From assembly GCA_963705295.1 (NCBI GenBank), contig OY970065.1, positions 1,056,001 to 1,120,000 of the forward strand: DNA of 64,000 bases. Reading direction: 5' to 3'. The notes beneath the pieces are model-generated. The model had not been told where the DNA came from. It saw only the letters and a program-made list of their open reading frames with translations, and did no database searches. Positions 45,224-56,066 of the stretch are shown here, in pieces; position 1 is the stretch's first letter, and every line of letters begins with the position of its first letter. The position numbers and the translations under genes are program-made. Origin of the DNA: Parachlamydiales bacterium (GTDB lineage: Bacteria > Chlamydiota > Chlamydiia > Chlamydiales > Rhabdochlamydiaceae).

Positions 45224-48200
45224 CAGATTGGAAAAGATTGGAGAGCATGTTTGCAGCCATACCTCTTTGCGGATCGAGCTGAAGGAGTTCTTCTAAATAC
45301 CGGCGGGCTTCTTCTGGCTTTCCAAGAAGTTGGGCAAGGGGCGCCATTTTTGTTAGAATGGCATAGAGCAAAGGATTTTTCTCCCGATAAGCTTGACTCC
45401 GTGCTCTTTTCAAATGTTCAAGGGCCTCTTCAGGATTTTCTTCGGAAGACCCAAGTCCCAAAGGGACCCTGAGGTTTTCTGGATCGTATTTTTTTCCTTC
45501 CAGATAACAGAGTTTCGCCGCTCCTTTTTCGCCCTGACCGATTTTGATGTCCCCTAGGATAAAATGACCCCGGGCATAATGCGGATTTAATGTTAAAGCT
45601 TCCCGGATGTACTGTTCGCCTTTTCCGAATTGATTTTGATCCCTTGCAACTTCTGCAAGGCCGACCAAAGTAGTAATGTTTTTACGATCGACTTTTAGCG
45701 ACACTTCAAAATATTTTTCCGCTTCATCATAGTTTTTTTCCAAAATCGCTTTTTGCCCAAGACCAGTGAGTGCTCTGGTATTTTGAGGATTTAAAACGAG
45801 GACTTTTTCATAGAAACGTTTTGCTTCTTTCAATTCCATGATGAGAATGCCCAGGTCAGCGGCCTGAAGAAGATAGATGATATTGCCGGGTTCGAACTCA
45901 ACGGCTTTTTGATAGTAATGGAAAGCTTTGCGCGGATCATTTTCCACAATGAGATCACCCAGGGCATTGTAGACAAGACCACAGGTTGAATCGATTCTTA
46001 TGGCTTCAAGCAGTAATCCTTCGGCTTTTTTATATTTTTTTTGCCTTTTTGCTATCGTTGCAAGATGGACATAAACGAGGAGTTGTGGAGGGGGATAACG
46101 GACCGCTTCGACAAAATGATCATCGGCCTTTTTTAAATCGCCTTGAAGGAGAGCAAGCGTCCCTTGCCCTGCATGAGCATGAGGGTTATAACAGTTGAAT
46201 TGAAGTGCTAGCCGGTAGTACTTTTCTGAAGCCTCTCGACGACCAAGATGCAACTCTATATCGCCGAGCCCTGAGAGAGCATAGGAATTTTCTGGATCTT
46301 GTTTCGAAGCAATCGTGTAGCATTTTCCTGCTTCCTCCCACTTTTTTTGTTTAAAGAGGACCATTCCAAGACCACTCCAACCATAAGAACCTGGATTTTG
46401 GATGAGCCCTTCTCGAAAGCATTTCTCAGCTTTCGGGAGTTCTCCTTGAAGTTCGGCGATTAGGCCAGACATTTCAACAAGAGCCGGATGATTTGGGAAC
46501 CGGTTTGAGACCCGGTGGAGATATTCTAAGGCCTGAGGAAACTTCAATTGAAAGGCAAAGACTTGTGCAAGTCCCAGCTGCACATTTCTTAGTGTATCAA
46601 AATCATTGTTCGGACATCTTTTTAGGGCTTTTTCTAAATGTGCCTCTGCCTGGCTTAAGGTTCCGAGCAACATCTTACAACCACCGAGTCCCATTTCAAT
46701 TTCAATATTGAATTCCTTATGGAAGCTTTGTGCAGTTTCATAATATTTGAGAGCAGCATCGATCTTGAATTGCGTCATACAAATTCCCCCTAAAGCAATC
46801 AGCAAGGGAACATCATGAGGGGTTTTTCTTAGAGCTGTCTTCAAGACCTCTTCCGCTTCAGCCATTTTTTTCAGTTTCAAAAGCGCCGAGGCTATTTCTA
46901 AAGGATTCGAGGGGATAAGGGACCGTAAATAGTCGACCACTGGAGTATGTCCTTTTTTCTTTGCGAGGTCGAAGGCCGTTTCTCCAAATTTTGTTGGTTT
47001 GTGAATATTAGTTCTTGTGTCTTCACAAATCCGACGAACAATCTCAAGATATCCTCGCCCAGCAGCATGATGAAGCACGGTCGAATCATCAAAACAAAAA
47101 ACTTCATTGGGATTGGCTGCTCCATCTAAAAGGAGAAGATCGACGACTTTTAATTGTCTTGCTACGACAGCTAAAAAAAGGGGAGTTTGTTGATCTTTAT
47201 CTCTTGAGTTTTTGATAATCCCTTTCTGTGCAAGGAGAAGCTTCACTAGATCTTCTTTCCCAAGAGCTGCTGCTACGTGAAGAATAGGCGATTCTTCGTA
47301 GCCTGTCTTTGCATTGATGTCAGCACCGCGCTGGACCAAAGTAGGGAAAAGGGAGGGGATGTGTTCGATAGTCATGCGGAGATAGGATAACTTCTGTAGA
47401 GTTCTTTTTTCCAAATCGATTCCAGGGACTTCGGAGAGTCTTTTAGCAACTTTTAGTTTTTTTTCATAGATGGCCATATGTAAAGCCGTAAATCGGAAAG
47501 GGCCATTCACTGCATTAACATCGGCACCTGCTTGGAGAAGGGCTTCAAGGGCATTTAAGCTTCCGGTGTGAGCGGCTATGGAGAGAGGTGTATAATCTGT
47601 TTGGTCTGGATGGAAGGGGATTTTCTGTTCCTGAAATTCTTTTTTAAATTCCTCTAAGGAGGCTGCAGTGGGAAAACAAAACGTTAAAGGTTTTCTCTCT
47701 TTTTGATTCACGTCAACTCCAGGAAGAGTTGTCAGCCAGCGGACCATCTCCCCCTGATCATTTTCTGCTGCAATATAGAGAAGAGAAACACAATCTTTTC
47801 CACACTTTGCATGCACATTTGCGCCGGCTTCATATAAAATGCGTGCACACGGAAGATTGCCACTTAAGACAGCTTTCCCAAGCGGTGTAAAGTTATCTTT
47901 ATCGCGCATGTCTAAATGCCTGATTTGTGAACAGAGATGACGGAAGATGTCCATGTCTCCCATTTCCATGGCTTCATGGAGAGCTTCTTGTACCGATGCC
48001 CCGGAAAACATGATTAGAGCCGAAATCACATCCTTTCTTTTATTCGTAACTGCGAGCAATAGAGGAGTTTGCCCCTTTTTTGTCGCTTGGTTAGGATCGC
48101 ATCCCGGAGTTGTACAAAGAAGATAGACGATTTCTGCGTGCCCCTCCCGTGCAGCGGCATGCAAAGCGGTTTCGGTATCTGGCCCAACAGTTTCATGGAC

Positions 48201-48443
48201 ACTGGCTTCCCCTCTCAAAAGCAGAGCCCTCACAAGCTCCGTTTCTCCCGCTTTAGCAGCCAAATAAAGAATGGTTTCCCCCTTTTTATTTCTTATACCG
48301 ACGATAGATTTCGCATTATTAAGTTCATAAAGGAGATCAATAGCTTTACCTGGACGACCTTGGCTTAAATATAGATGTAATAAAGATCCATCTATTTCAG
48401 AATTAACTTTTTGCGGAAGTTGAGCATTAATCCTCATTGTCAT
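45213..48443 (-). CDS. Ankyrin-repeat + TPR-repeat protein
   Basis: N-terminal half has ETALHAAA, TPLLLAV and TPLFLAV units; C-terminal half has TPR helices (ALSGLGDI, ALTGLGQ). Confidence 0.88.
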   Translation of the reverse strand: MTMRINAQLPQKVNSEIDGSLLHLYLSQGRPGKAIDLLYELNNAKSIVGIRNKKGETILYLAAKAGETELVRALLLRGEASVHETVGPDTETALHAAAREGHAEIVYLLCTTPGCDPNQATKKGQTPLLLAVTNKRKDVISALIMFSGASVQEALHEAMEMGDMDIFRHLCSQIRHLDMRDKDNFTPLGKAVLSGNLPCARILYEAGANVHAKCGKDCVSLLYIAAENDQGEMVRWLTTLPGVDVNQKERKPLTFCFPTAASLEEFKKEFQEQKIPFHPDQTDYTPLSIAAHTGSLNALEALLQAGADVNAVNGPFRFTALHMAIYEKKLKVAKRLSEVPGIDLEKRTLQKLSYLRMTIEHIPSLFPTLVQRGADINAKTGYEESPILHVAAALGKEDLVKLLLAQKGIIKNSRDKDQQTPLFLAVVARQLKVVDLLLLDGAANPNEVFCFDDSTVLHHAAGRGYLEIVRRICEDTRTNIHKPTKFGETAFDLAKKKGHTPVVDYLRSLIPSNPLEIASALLKLKKMAEAEEVLKTALRKTPHDVPLLIALGGICMTQFKIDAALKYYETAQSFHKEFNIEIEMGLGGCKMLLGTLSQAEAHLEKALKRCPNNDFDTLRNVQLGLAQVFAFQLKFPQALEYLHRVSNRFPNHPALVEMSGLIAELQGELPKAEKCFREGLIQNPGSYGWSGLGMVLFKQKKWEEAGKCYTIASKQDPENSYALSGLGDIELHLGRREASEKYYRLALQFNCYNPHAHAGQGTLALLQGDLKKADDHFVEAVRYPPPQLLVYVHLATIAKRQKKYKKAEGLLLEAIRIDSTCGLVYNALGDLIVENDPRKAFHYYQKAVEFEPGNIIYLLQAADLGILIMELKEAKRFYEKVLVLNPQNTRALTGLGQKAILEKNYDEAEKYFEVSLKVDRKNITTLVGLAEVARDQNQFGKGEQYIREALTLNPHYARGHFILGDIKIGQGEKGAAKLCYLEGKKYDPENLRVPLGLGSSEENPEEALEHLKRARSQAYREKNPLLYAILTKMAPLAQLLGKPEEARRYLEELLQLDPQRGMAANMLSNLFQSVKK

Positions 48444-48503
48444 AATAACTTAACATTTTACAGTAAATTAAAGTTATTTTAAAGATATAATATTGTAAAA
48501 TAC

Positions 48504-49829
48504 TTATTTTCTTATGAGGGCTTGTTGAACGAGTTTTGGGAGAGCATGAATGAGATAGAGCGGGATGGATAAAATCCCGCCTTGCAAGGAGAGTTGATTT
48601 TGGGAAATACGGATTCCCAGCGGAGCTTTTTTTTCTATAAGATAACTTCTTAGCGAACGGAGTTTTCCTGTGGCTCCCGCTTTCACTTCTATGGGTATAA
48701 TATGAGACCCAACTTGGATAACATAGTCAACTTCTGCCTTCCCTTGTTTTTGTTCCCAAAATAAAAGGGGACGGTTTTGATACGGATCTGCATAAGCGAT
48801 TAATTCTTGTCCCACAAATTGTTCGGCAAGCATTCCATTATTGATCTGAAGAACATCCCCGGTCCAAAAAGCTTCTGCATCGACATGAGCGGCGGTTTGA
48901 AGAAGACCGATATCTAGAAAAAGCAACTTAAAGCGATGATCAACGATATGTGCATGCAAAGGTAGACCACTTGCATTTGTGCCAAAAATTTGTTGTACGA
49001 TTCCTGCCCTATATAAGAGATCTAAAGCTGGTTTCAGATCTCTTGAACGACTTTCTCTATCCAATTCTGAATACTTGAGTATTTTTCCAATACATGCTGG
49101 AGCTCGTAAAAAAACCTTTTGGAGATATTTATGTTGTGTCAGCGCAGCATATTTTCCAAAATCGCTTTCATAAGCTTGCAAAATTCTTTGATGGACTCTT
49201 TGACATTCTAAGAGAGACTGTGTCTTCATCTCTGTTTCAATGGCAGTCGGCATTCCGCCAATAAAAAAATACCGATGGATCCATTTCAACATTTCTTCAT
49301 GTTCTAGACTATCCAGTGTGTGGTTTAGATCCACGGACCCCAAGCGAGAATAAGCAATCGGAGCTACTGCCATTAAATATTCTTGAAATGACATAGGACG
49401 TAAATATAAAAATTCTACTCTTCCTACAGGAAAACTATATTTATCATCATTTAATAAAAATTCCAGAAGCGATCCCGCTGCAATAACAGGGATTTCTGGC
49501 ATCAGTTCTCGAAAATATCGAAGGGAAACAAGTGCTTCAGGACATAGTTGTATTTCATCGAGAAATAAGAGAGAGGTTCGAGGAAGGATCTTTTTTTGGA
49601 GAACCAGTTCGATCTGCTTCAGAATTTCTACCGGCTCTCTGCTTTTAAAACATTGCATCATTTGAGGCCGCCTTTCAAAATCGACAACAATGACATCTTG
49701 AAAATGTTCTTTCCCAAAGTTTTCAACGAGATAACTTTTTCCTACTTGCCTAGCACCTCTCAGCAACAGGGGTAATCGATTTTCCCGTTTTTTCCAAAGA
49801 ATGAGTTCTTCCTCTAATTTTCTCTTCAT
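48504..49829 (-). CDS. AAA+ ATPase with DUF4143-type domain
   Basis: GARQVGKS, LFLDEIQ, AAGSLL, DIGLL, EVDYV...PIEVK. Confidence 0.88.
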   Translation of the reverse strand: MKRKLEEELILWKKRENRLPLLLRGARQVGKSYLVENFGKEHFQDVIVVDFERRPQMMQCFKSREPVEILKQIELVLQKKILPRTSLLFLDEIQLCPEALVSLRYFRELMPEIPVIAAGSLLEFLLNDDKYSFPVGRVEFLYLRPMSFQEYLMAVAPIAYSRLGSVDLNHTLDSLEHEEMLKWIHRYFFIGGMPTAIETEMKTQSLLECQRVHQRILQAYESDFGKYAALTQHKYLQKVFLRAPACIGKILKYSELDRESRSRDLKPALDLLYRAGIVQQIFGTNASGLPLHAHIVDHRFKLLFLDIGLLQTAAHVDAEAFWTGDVLQINNGMLAEQFVGQELIAYADPYQNRPLLFWEQKQGKAEVDYVIQVGSHIIPIEVKAGATGKLRSLRSYLIEKKAPLGIRISQNQLSLQGGILSIPLYLIHALPKLVQQALIRK

Positions 49830-49850
49830 AAATCAAAAATTACCATAAAA

Positions 49851-49891
49851 TGGCTAAAATAGGTACCAATTTCAGCCAAATTTTGGCTAAA
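49851..49891. promoter_or_regulatory. Operator-like palindrome upstream of the AAA ATPase gene
   Basis: tggctaaaataggtaccaatttcagcca followed by a third half-site ttggctaaa. Confidence 0.45.
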
Positions 49892-49898
49892 AATGCAT

Positions 49899-50672
49899 TT
49901 ATTGTTGCAATTGTTTGAGTATTAAAGACTTAATGAAATAGTTTAAGTCGCTGATAACATAAATGCGACTGAGGAAAGTGATCCGATCTTCTCGACTCAT
50001 AAAATGTAAGTTAGAGAGGGTTTGCTCGGGATCAAATCCTTTTAAAACAATAGAAGTCTCTTGGTTGGTCGTGCGGCGGAGGGGAATATAATAACTTAGA
50101 TAATCGGTTGCCCGATTCCAGAAAGTACTCATTCGATGATTTTTGACTTGATAAGTTTGCGCGACGACATAACCGTCGAGAAACCCTCTGACGGCTAAAG
50201 AGCGGGTTTCTGCAAAAAGGCCGGCCAAACATTTTCGCGCTGCCGCATAGCTTTTGACTGGAAAACCAAACTGTCTTGCCCTTTCACAGGTTACTTGGCT
50301 AGCCCACCGATCTCCAGAGTGGGAGACGCGTCGAACAAAAGCCAAATCTCGAATCGAGAGACCTCTCAAGATCGATAAACGGAGCTCTGAGGGAAGTTCA
50401 GCAAGAAATTCAGAGGGGAAGAGAAAATGGTGAATTTTTCCGCGAAGCTCAAAAACTTCTTTGCAAAAGTAATGACGCAAAGCCCATTCAGACATCCGAA
50501 AGAAAAGTTTTTGAGTTGCATAAGGAACAGGGTGGGTCCGTAAAACAGTCTCAATTTTTTGAAGTGTATCGAAACGAGCACCAAAAGAGGGTGGTTGAGA
50601 AAGTTTTAATTTAATAATAAAATATTCTTTATTAGCATTAATTGCGACATCGTAATAAGTTCTTAAAGACAT
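49899..50672 (-). CDS. F-box-containing effector-like protein
   Basis: LAELPSELRLSILRGLSIRDLAFVRRVS matches the F-box consensus. Confidence 0.7.
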   Translation of the reverse strand: MSLRTYYDVAINANKEYFIIKLKLSQPPSFGARFDTLQKIETVLRTHPVPYATQKLFFRMSEWALRHYFCKEVFELRGKIHHFLFPSEFLAELPSELRLSILRGLSIRDLAFVRRVSHSGDRWASQVTCERARQFGFPVKSYAAARKCLAGLFAETRSLAVRGFLDGYVVAQTYQVKNHRMSTFWNRATDYLSYYIPLRRTTNQETSIVLKGFDPEQTLSNLHFMSREDRITFLSRIYVISDLNYFIKSLILKQLQQ

Positions 50673-50681
50673 TCATCCATT

Positions 50682-52211
50682 TTACACTAAAACGTCATTC
50701 TTTAAAATGTCGGCAACGCGGAGGGCATTGGCGATGATGGTGAGGGTGGGGTTGACGGCGCCGATGGAGGGGAAAAAGCTACCGTCGACGACGTAGAGAT
50801 TATCGATAGCGTGGAGTTTACAGTTGAGGTCGAGGACAGATGTTTTAGGGTCTTTTCCAAATCGGAGGGTTCCGGTTTGGTGGGCGCAACCGGCGATGGG
50901 GATTTCTTGATGAAGATAGGTATGGTTTGGAAATAGGTGGGAATGGGGTCCTAGGTAACTCAATATTTTTTCAAGTTTTTTGAGGAGACGTAGGTGGGCT
51001 TCAAGGTTATTTGGAGTATAATCTAAGATAATTTGTCCATCTGTTGAAAGGCGGACCCGGTTGTTGGGATCGGGAAGATCTTCCGAGGTGAGCCACCAAC
51101 CCACAGCATGCTTGGCTACAAATTCCAAGGCAAAACCGGGAACATAGATCGGTGCTTCGGCCGCGAGCATCTCTTTTTTCACATTGCCGAGGAGTTGGAT
51201 ATGGCCAAGAGGAAGAGGGGAGTCGTCGGCTCCAAAATAAAAATCGTTGATGGCCATGGTTTTTTCATAATGGGTGGGATTTTTTTGGGTCGAAACAGCA
51301 ATCATGACCGAATTGTTATGGAACATGTAATGGCGTCCCACCAGATCATTTCCGAGATGAGAGCGGAGCATCAGGGCCGCAGAATTGATGGTGCCGCAGC
51401 TGCAGATAAACAGGTCGGCTTGCAGCTGCACGGTTTCTCCTTGATGCTGCACTTCGACGGCTTGAATGTTTTTGCCATTGTGAATGAGCCGTGTTGCCAT
51501 GGCATTGGTCATGAGGGTGACATTCTCGGATTGAAGTGCTGGAAGAATACACATGATATGGCTATCTGCCTTCGCATGGACAAGGCAAGGGAACCCATCG
51601 CACGTGTCGCACCGAATACACGGACTTTTCTCTCGATTTTTTTCATTGAGAAGAAGTCCAAGCGGGAGATGAAATGGATGAAGACCTTCATTTTTCAACC
51701 GGTCATTCATGTTTTGAATATACGGTTCGTGACTGATCGGCGGAAAAAAATAGGGGGAATTTTCGGGAGGGTCTAAAGGATCTTCTCCTCGCTGGCCATG
51801 AACAGCGTAGAGTTTCTCGGCTTGCAAATAATACGGCTGAAAATCTTGGTAGCTCAGCGGCCAGGCAGGGGAGATACCGCCATAATGTTGCACTTGCCCA
51901 AAATCCTTTTCTCGGAGGCGGAGCAGAGCTGCCCCATAGACTTTGGTATTTCCTCCCACGAAATAGTTCATTCCAGGAGAAAACGGTTTTCCTTCTTTGT
52001 CGAGCCACTTTTCCTGCGTGTGATAACGGTTTTGAACAAAGACAGAGGCCGGATCCCAGTTTTCTTTCTCTCGTGGTAGAAAATCGCCTCGCTCAAGGAT
52101 GAGAATTTTCTTGCCCGTCTTGTTACAGATGGGGGCAAGCGCATGGGCCATGGTGCCGCCGCCAGCACCGGATCCTATGATTATTATATCCCATTTTATC
52201 GATTGGGCCAT
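50682..52211 (-). CDS. GMC family oxidoreductase
   Basis: GSGAGG, VGGNTK, CIRCDTCDGFPC, AHQTGT, NLYVVDGSFFPS..NPTLTI. Confidence 0.92.
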   Translation of the reverse strand: MAQSIKWDIIIIGSGAGGGTMAHALAPICNKTGKKILILERGDFLPREKENWDPASVFVQNRYHTQEKWLDKEGKPFSPGMNYFVGGNTKVYGAALLRLREKDFGQVQHYGGISPAWPLSYQDFQPYYLQAEKLYAVHGQRGEDPLDPPENSPYFFPPISHEPYIQNMNDRLKNEGLHPFHLPLGLLLNEKNREKSPCIRCDTCDGFPCLVHAKADSHIMCILPALQSENVTLMTNAMATRLIHNGKNIQAVEVQHQGETVQLQADLFICSCGTINSAALMLRSHLGNDLVGRHYMFHNNSVMIAVSTQKNPTHYEKTMAINDFYFGADDSPLPLGHIQLLGNVKKEMLAAEAPIYVPGFALEFVAKHAVGWWLTSEDLPDPNNRVRLSTDGQIILDYTPNNLEAHLRLLKKLEKILSYLGPHSHLFPNHTYLHQEIPIAGCAHQTGTLRFGKDPKTSVLDLNCKLHAIDNLYVVDGSFFPSIGAVNPTLTIIANALRVADILKNDVLV

Positions 52212-53260
52212 TCAATCACTACTTTGATTTCATCGGGACTATGATGTTTCATCGCATCTTGAAAAGAAGCATGAGGTACCTTCTTGGTGATGAACTTCTC
52301 GATAAGTCCGGGCCATTTTTTCGACGCCGCTTGCAAGTCAGCAATCCCTCTTTCAAAATGATAGATACTTTCATTCACACTGCCGACCATGACTTGATTT
52401 TTCAAAACCATCTGCCGCATGAGGCGGGCCCCATCGATATCGGTGAGTCTTTGGTCGCCAGGAACACCCGTCAAGACAAAAATTCCATTAACGCCCAGGC
52501 ACGAGATCAAGTCAAAATCGAGCTTGGCAATCCCAGCTGCGTCTAAAATGATATCAAACGGCTCTGCTGGTTTTTGACGGATATAGGTCCCTCCCATCTC
52601 GGTCAAAACTTTTGCTCTTGGGCTTGCTGGATCAACAATATCGAGCCCATAAACTTTCACGCCTCGGAGTTGAAGAACGAGTGCTGCTAAAAGACCGATG
52701 GGTCCAAGTCCTGCAACAAGAGCCTTTTTCCATTCAAAAGGATAGGGAAGCCTTTTGGTCTGAATCGATGTCGCTTCTTCGATCGCTTTTTGAACCACGG
52801 ACATCGGCTCTGCGAGCACACCGATCGATTCAATGGATGGATCGACTTTGATGGCATACATTTCTTGATCGACCACAAAATCACACTGAAAACCGTGACG
52901 TCCTTTGATGCCCCTTTCCGTATAGTTCCCCGTCAGACAAAAATCAGAACGGTTCATGTTACATGGGGAACATGCTCCACACCCTCGTCGGACACTGATC
53001 ACAACGAGATCACCCACTTTCACTGTTTTGACTTGAGGCCCGATTTCAACAACACGGCTGAGCATCTCGTGCCCGATGACCAGTTCTTTTTCCCCGGGAG
53101 GAGCATCGGCTCTTCCACCGGATACTTCTTCTCGATCAGTTCCACAAATCCCGACGCGGATCACTTTTACTTTGATTTCATCCGGTTTTTGGATTTGAGG
53201 CTCGGGCCAATCTTTGAGCTGAACAATGGCTGTGTGTGGCTGCAGGACAATGGCCTTCAT
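52196..53260 (-). CDS. Zn-dependent glucose 1-dehydrogenase-like MDR enzyme
   Basis: VGICGTD, GHE, VRRGCGACSPC..C, ERGI.GRHGF, GSVN. Confidence 0.85.
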   Translation of the reverse strand: MKAIVLQPHTAIVQLKDWPEPQIQKPDEIKVKVIRVGICGTDREEVSGGRADAPPGEKELVIGHEMLSRVVEIGPQVKTVKVGDLVVISVRRGCGACSPCNMNRSDFCLTGNYTERGIKGRHGFQCDFVVDQEMYAIKVDPSIESIGVLAEPMSVVQKAIEEATSIQTKRLPYPFEWKKALVAGLGPIGLLAALVLQLRGVKVYGLDIVDPASPRAKVLTEMGGTYIRQKPAEPFDIILDAAGIAKLDFDLISCLGVNGIFVLTGVPGDQRLTDIDGARLMRQMVLKNQVMVGSVNESIYHFERGIADLQAASKKWPGLIEKFITKKVPHASFQDAMKHHSPDEIKVVIEWPNR

Positions 53261-53310
53261 TTTAGATTTTCATATCCCATTGAACAAATAACCTCAATGG
53301 ATTACACAGC

Positions 53311-55638
53311 TTGGAAATGGATGAAAAACAAAGGCTCCAAGATCCTCTTTGGAAAAAATGGGGGGCTTATGTCTCCGAACGGTCGTGGGGATCGGTCCGC
53401 GAAGATTATAGCGGTGATGGCAATGCGTGGGATTATTTTCCTCATGATCTGGCAAGATCTAAGCCATATCTTTGGGGAGAAGATGGAATCGCAGGCCTTT
53501 GCGACATCGATCAAACCTTTGTCTTTTCTCTCGCATTTTGGAATGGGAAAGATCCCATCTTAAAAGAGCGGATGTTTGGCCTCAATACGTACGAGGGAAA
53601 CCATGGGGAAGATGTCAAAGAGTATTATTTTTATCTCGATGCCACTCCGACCCATTCGTACTTGAAATATCTCTATAAATACCCTCAAGGAGCATACCCG
53701 TATAATCAGCTCGTCGAAACGAATAAACAACGGTCTACTGCCGACCGAGAATTCGAGCTTTTAGATACCGGCATCTTTAACGATCAAAAATATTTCGATA
53801 TTTTTATCACCTATGCCAAAGCAGCCCCCGAAGATATCTGCATCCGAATCGATATTTTTAATCGAGGCCCTGAGAAAGCAACCCTCCATGTTCTTCCTCA
53901 ACTGATCTCGCAATCTAAGGTACTTCTTGTTGCCGATCCTCCACCGACAGAGATTTTATTCACTCAGAAAAAAGATGGATTTCATCGGTATGTGATCCAC
54001 AATGAGCCTCTCCCAAAAGAGGGAAAAAAATCGTGTTTTTATTACAAAAATCTTTCGATCGAATCCCAAAAATGTTTCACCATCCGGCTCAGGCTTGGTT
54101 CATCTTCTTTAAAAGATGTCGATGCCGTGATCGATCAAAGAAAAAAAGAGGCCGATGCGTTTTACCAATCTTTTTCGACAATTCAAAGGGCTGCCCTGAG
54201 CGGCCTTCTCTGGAACAAACAATTTTACAAATATAATGTGAAAACATGGATCGAAGCCCCTCCTCCTGTTCGATTGAATGGAAGGAACTGCCACTGGACC
54301 CATCTCAATGCCCATCACATCATTTCGATGCCGGATAAATGGGAATATCCGTGGTTTGCATCATGGGATCTTGCTTTGCAAACCCTCCCTTTGAGCCTCG
54401 TCGATTTGGCGGAGGCAAAAAAACAACTCCATCTCCTACTCACCATCGAATATTTTCATCCCAATGGGCAAATTCCTGCCTATGAGTGGTCGTTTTCCGA
54501 TCTCAATCCGCCGGTCCAAGCTTTTGCTCTTTGGAAACTGTATCAAAAAGACCATGATCGTGATTATTTGGAGCTGTGTTTCCTCAAACTCATCCGGAAT
54601 TTCAACTGGTGGATCAATAAAGTCGATAGCCTTGGCAATAACTTTTTCGAGGGAGGTTTTCTCGGTCTCGATAATATTTCAGTCATCGATCGGAGCAAAC
54701 CCCTCTCGGACGGAGGTCTCATCGAACAATCCGATGGAACAGGTTGGATGGCCTTTTTCGCCCTCAATATGATGAGAATCGCCCTAGAGCTCGCTAAAAA
54801 AGATCCGGCTTTTGAAGAAACGGCCTCGAACTATCTTGAACACTTTCTCCTCGTTTCCAGGGCCATGGAACTCCCCAGCAAGAGATCGATCTCCATGTGG
54901 AATGAAGAAGATGGTTTTTTCTACGATCTGATGCGATATCCTGACGGAACCTGCCAGCAGCTCAAAGTCCGCTCCCTTGTCGGTATCATCCCTTTTTTCT
55001 CCATAGATTTTTATGAAACAACCGATTTCTCTCAATTCCCCAGATTTCAAAAAAACTTCCAACTCTTTTCTAAAAAATATCCCCGCGACTTTACAAAATG
55101 CATCACACATCTTCCGAATCGGTATCTTTTTTCTCTTATGGACACCACCCGTATCAAACGTGTTCTTGCAAAAATTCTCGATCCCAATGAATTTCTCTCC
55201 CCCTATGGGATCCGGTCCCTTTCCAAATTTCACGAGAAACACCCCTTCATTTTCGACAACAACAAGGTCAGCTACGAGCCGGGTGAATCATTCGAGAGAA
55301 TCAAAGGAGGCAACTCGAACTGGCGGGGCCCCATCTGGTTTCCGATCAATTACCTCTTTCTCTCCTCCCTCCACCGCCTCTTTGAAGCCACCGGCGATCC
55401 CTCCCTCCAAAAAGCCCACCATGACCTCTCCCATCGCCTCCTGGCCCTCTTCGAAAAAGACTCCTCCGGTCTCCGCCCCGTCCATGCCGAATCCAGCCCC
55501 TTCTTCAACGACCTCCTCCTCTTCTACGAACACTACCATGGCGATACCGGCCGCGGCCTCGGCGCCTCCCATCAAACCGGCTGGAGCAGCCTCATCGCCA
55601 ATATCATCGATGAAAGCGGTCTTAAGCCATTCCCCTAG
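53311..55638 (+). CDS. Glycoside hydrolase, GH63/MGH1-like glucosidase
   Basis: WGSVREDYS, MPDKWEYPWFASWDLA, GGNSNWRGPIWFP, GLGASHQTGW. Confidence 0.88.
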   Translation: MEMDEKQRLQDPLWKKWGAYVSERSWGSVREDYSGDGNAWDYFPHDLARSKPYLWGEDGIAGLCDIDQTFVFSLAFWNGKDPILKERMFGLNTYEGNHGEDVKEYYFYLDATPTHSYLKYLYKYPQGAYPYNQLVETNKQRSTADREFELLDTGIFNDQKYFDIFITYAKAAPEDICIRIDIFNRGPEKATLHVLPQLISQSKVLLVADPPPTEILFTQKKDGFHRYVIHNEPLPKEGKKSCFYYKNLSIESQKCFTIRLRLGSSSLKDVDAVIDQRKKEADAFYQSFSTIQRAALSGLLWNKQFYKYNVKTWIEAPPPVRLNGRNCHWTHLNAHHIISMPDKWEYPWFASWDLALQTLPLSLVDLAEAKKQLHLLLTIEYFHPNGQIPAYEWSFSDLNPPVQAFALWKLYQKDHDRDYLELCFLKLIRNFNWWINKVDSLGNNFFEGGFLGLDNISVIDRSKPLSDGGLIEQSDGTGWMAFFALNMMRIALELAKKDPAFEETASNYLEHFLLVSRAMELPSKRSISMWNEEDGFFYDLMRYPDGTCQQLKVRSLVGIIPFFSIDFYETTDFSQFPRFQKNFQLFSKKYPRDFTKCITHLPNRYLFSLMDTTRIKRVLAKILDPNEFLSPYGIRSLSKFHEKHPFIFDNNKVSYEPGESFERIKGGNSNWRGPIWFPINYLFLSSLHRLFEATGDPSLQKAHHDLSHRLLALFEKDSSGLRPVHAESSPFFNDLLLFYEHYHGDTGRGLGASHQTGWSSLIANIIDESGLKPFP

Positions 55639-55701
55639 AATCAAAAATTTTATTAACGCAATATATAAAATCATGTTATAATCAATATTAGGAGATATTT
55701 T

Positions 55702-55947
55702 ATGGTTTGTTCAACTTCATCAAATAAGCCTTCTCAACAAAACAATAAAGAATATTACGAAACAATGGAGCTGATGCTCCAGCTTCAACAAGAGCTCATC
55801 CAGCATGTGATGCAACTTATTGGCCTACAACTGGCCGATTGGGCTGCCTACCTCAGAAAACCTACAGACAATCAAGATACACCCTCTCCAGTCATCCCCA
55901 ATTCTGCCCCTGTTTCAGTAAAAAGCTCATTCATTGCAGCCATTTAA
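55702..55947 (+). CDS. Small hypothetical protein
   Basis: 81 aa; AGGAGA RBS upstream; fills the intergenic gap. Confidence 0.55.
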   Translation: MVCSTSSNKPSQQNNKEYYETMELMLQLQQELIQHVMQLIGLQLADWAAYLRKPTDNQDTPSPVIPNSAPVSVKSSFIAAI

Positions 55948-55951
55948 CTCA

Positions 55952-56036
55952 TTTGGGGCGCAAAATAGATTAAAATCCGCCCCAAAGGCAATATTTTCCT
56001 ATGTTAGGGCGCAAAATAGCTTGAAATGCGCCCCAA
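55952..56036. promoter_or_regulatory. Two tandem imperfect palindromes (operator-like) upstream of the ATPase gene
   Basis: ttggggcgcaaaatagattaaaatccgccccaa and ttagggcgcaaaatagcttgaaatgcgccccaa. Confidence 0.6.
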
Positions 56037-56066
56037 TCTCCTATATTCTTATAAAAAAGGAGAAAT

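Noticed and set aside
55013..55681. 222-aa and 128-aa ORFs overlapping the GH63 3' end
   Set aside because: Low-complexity shadow ORFs from the C-rich tract
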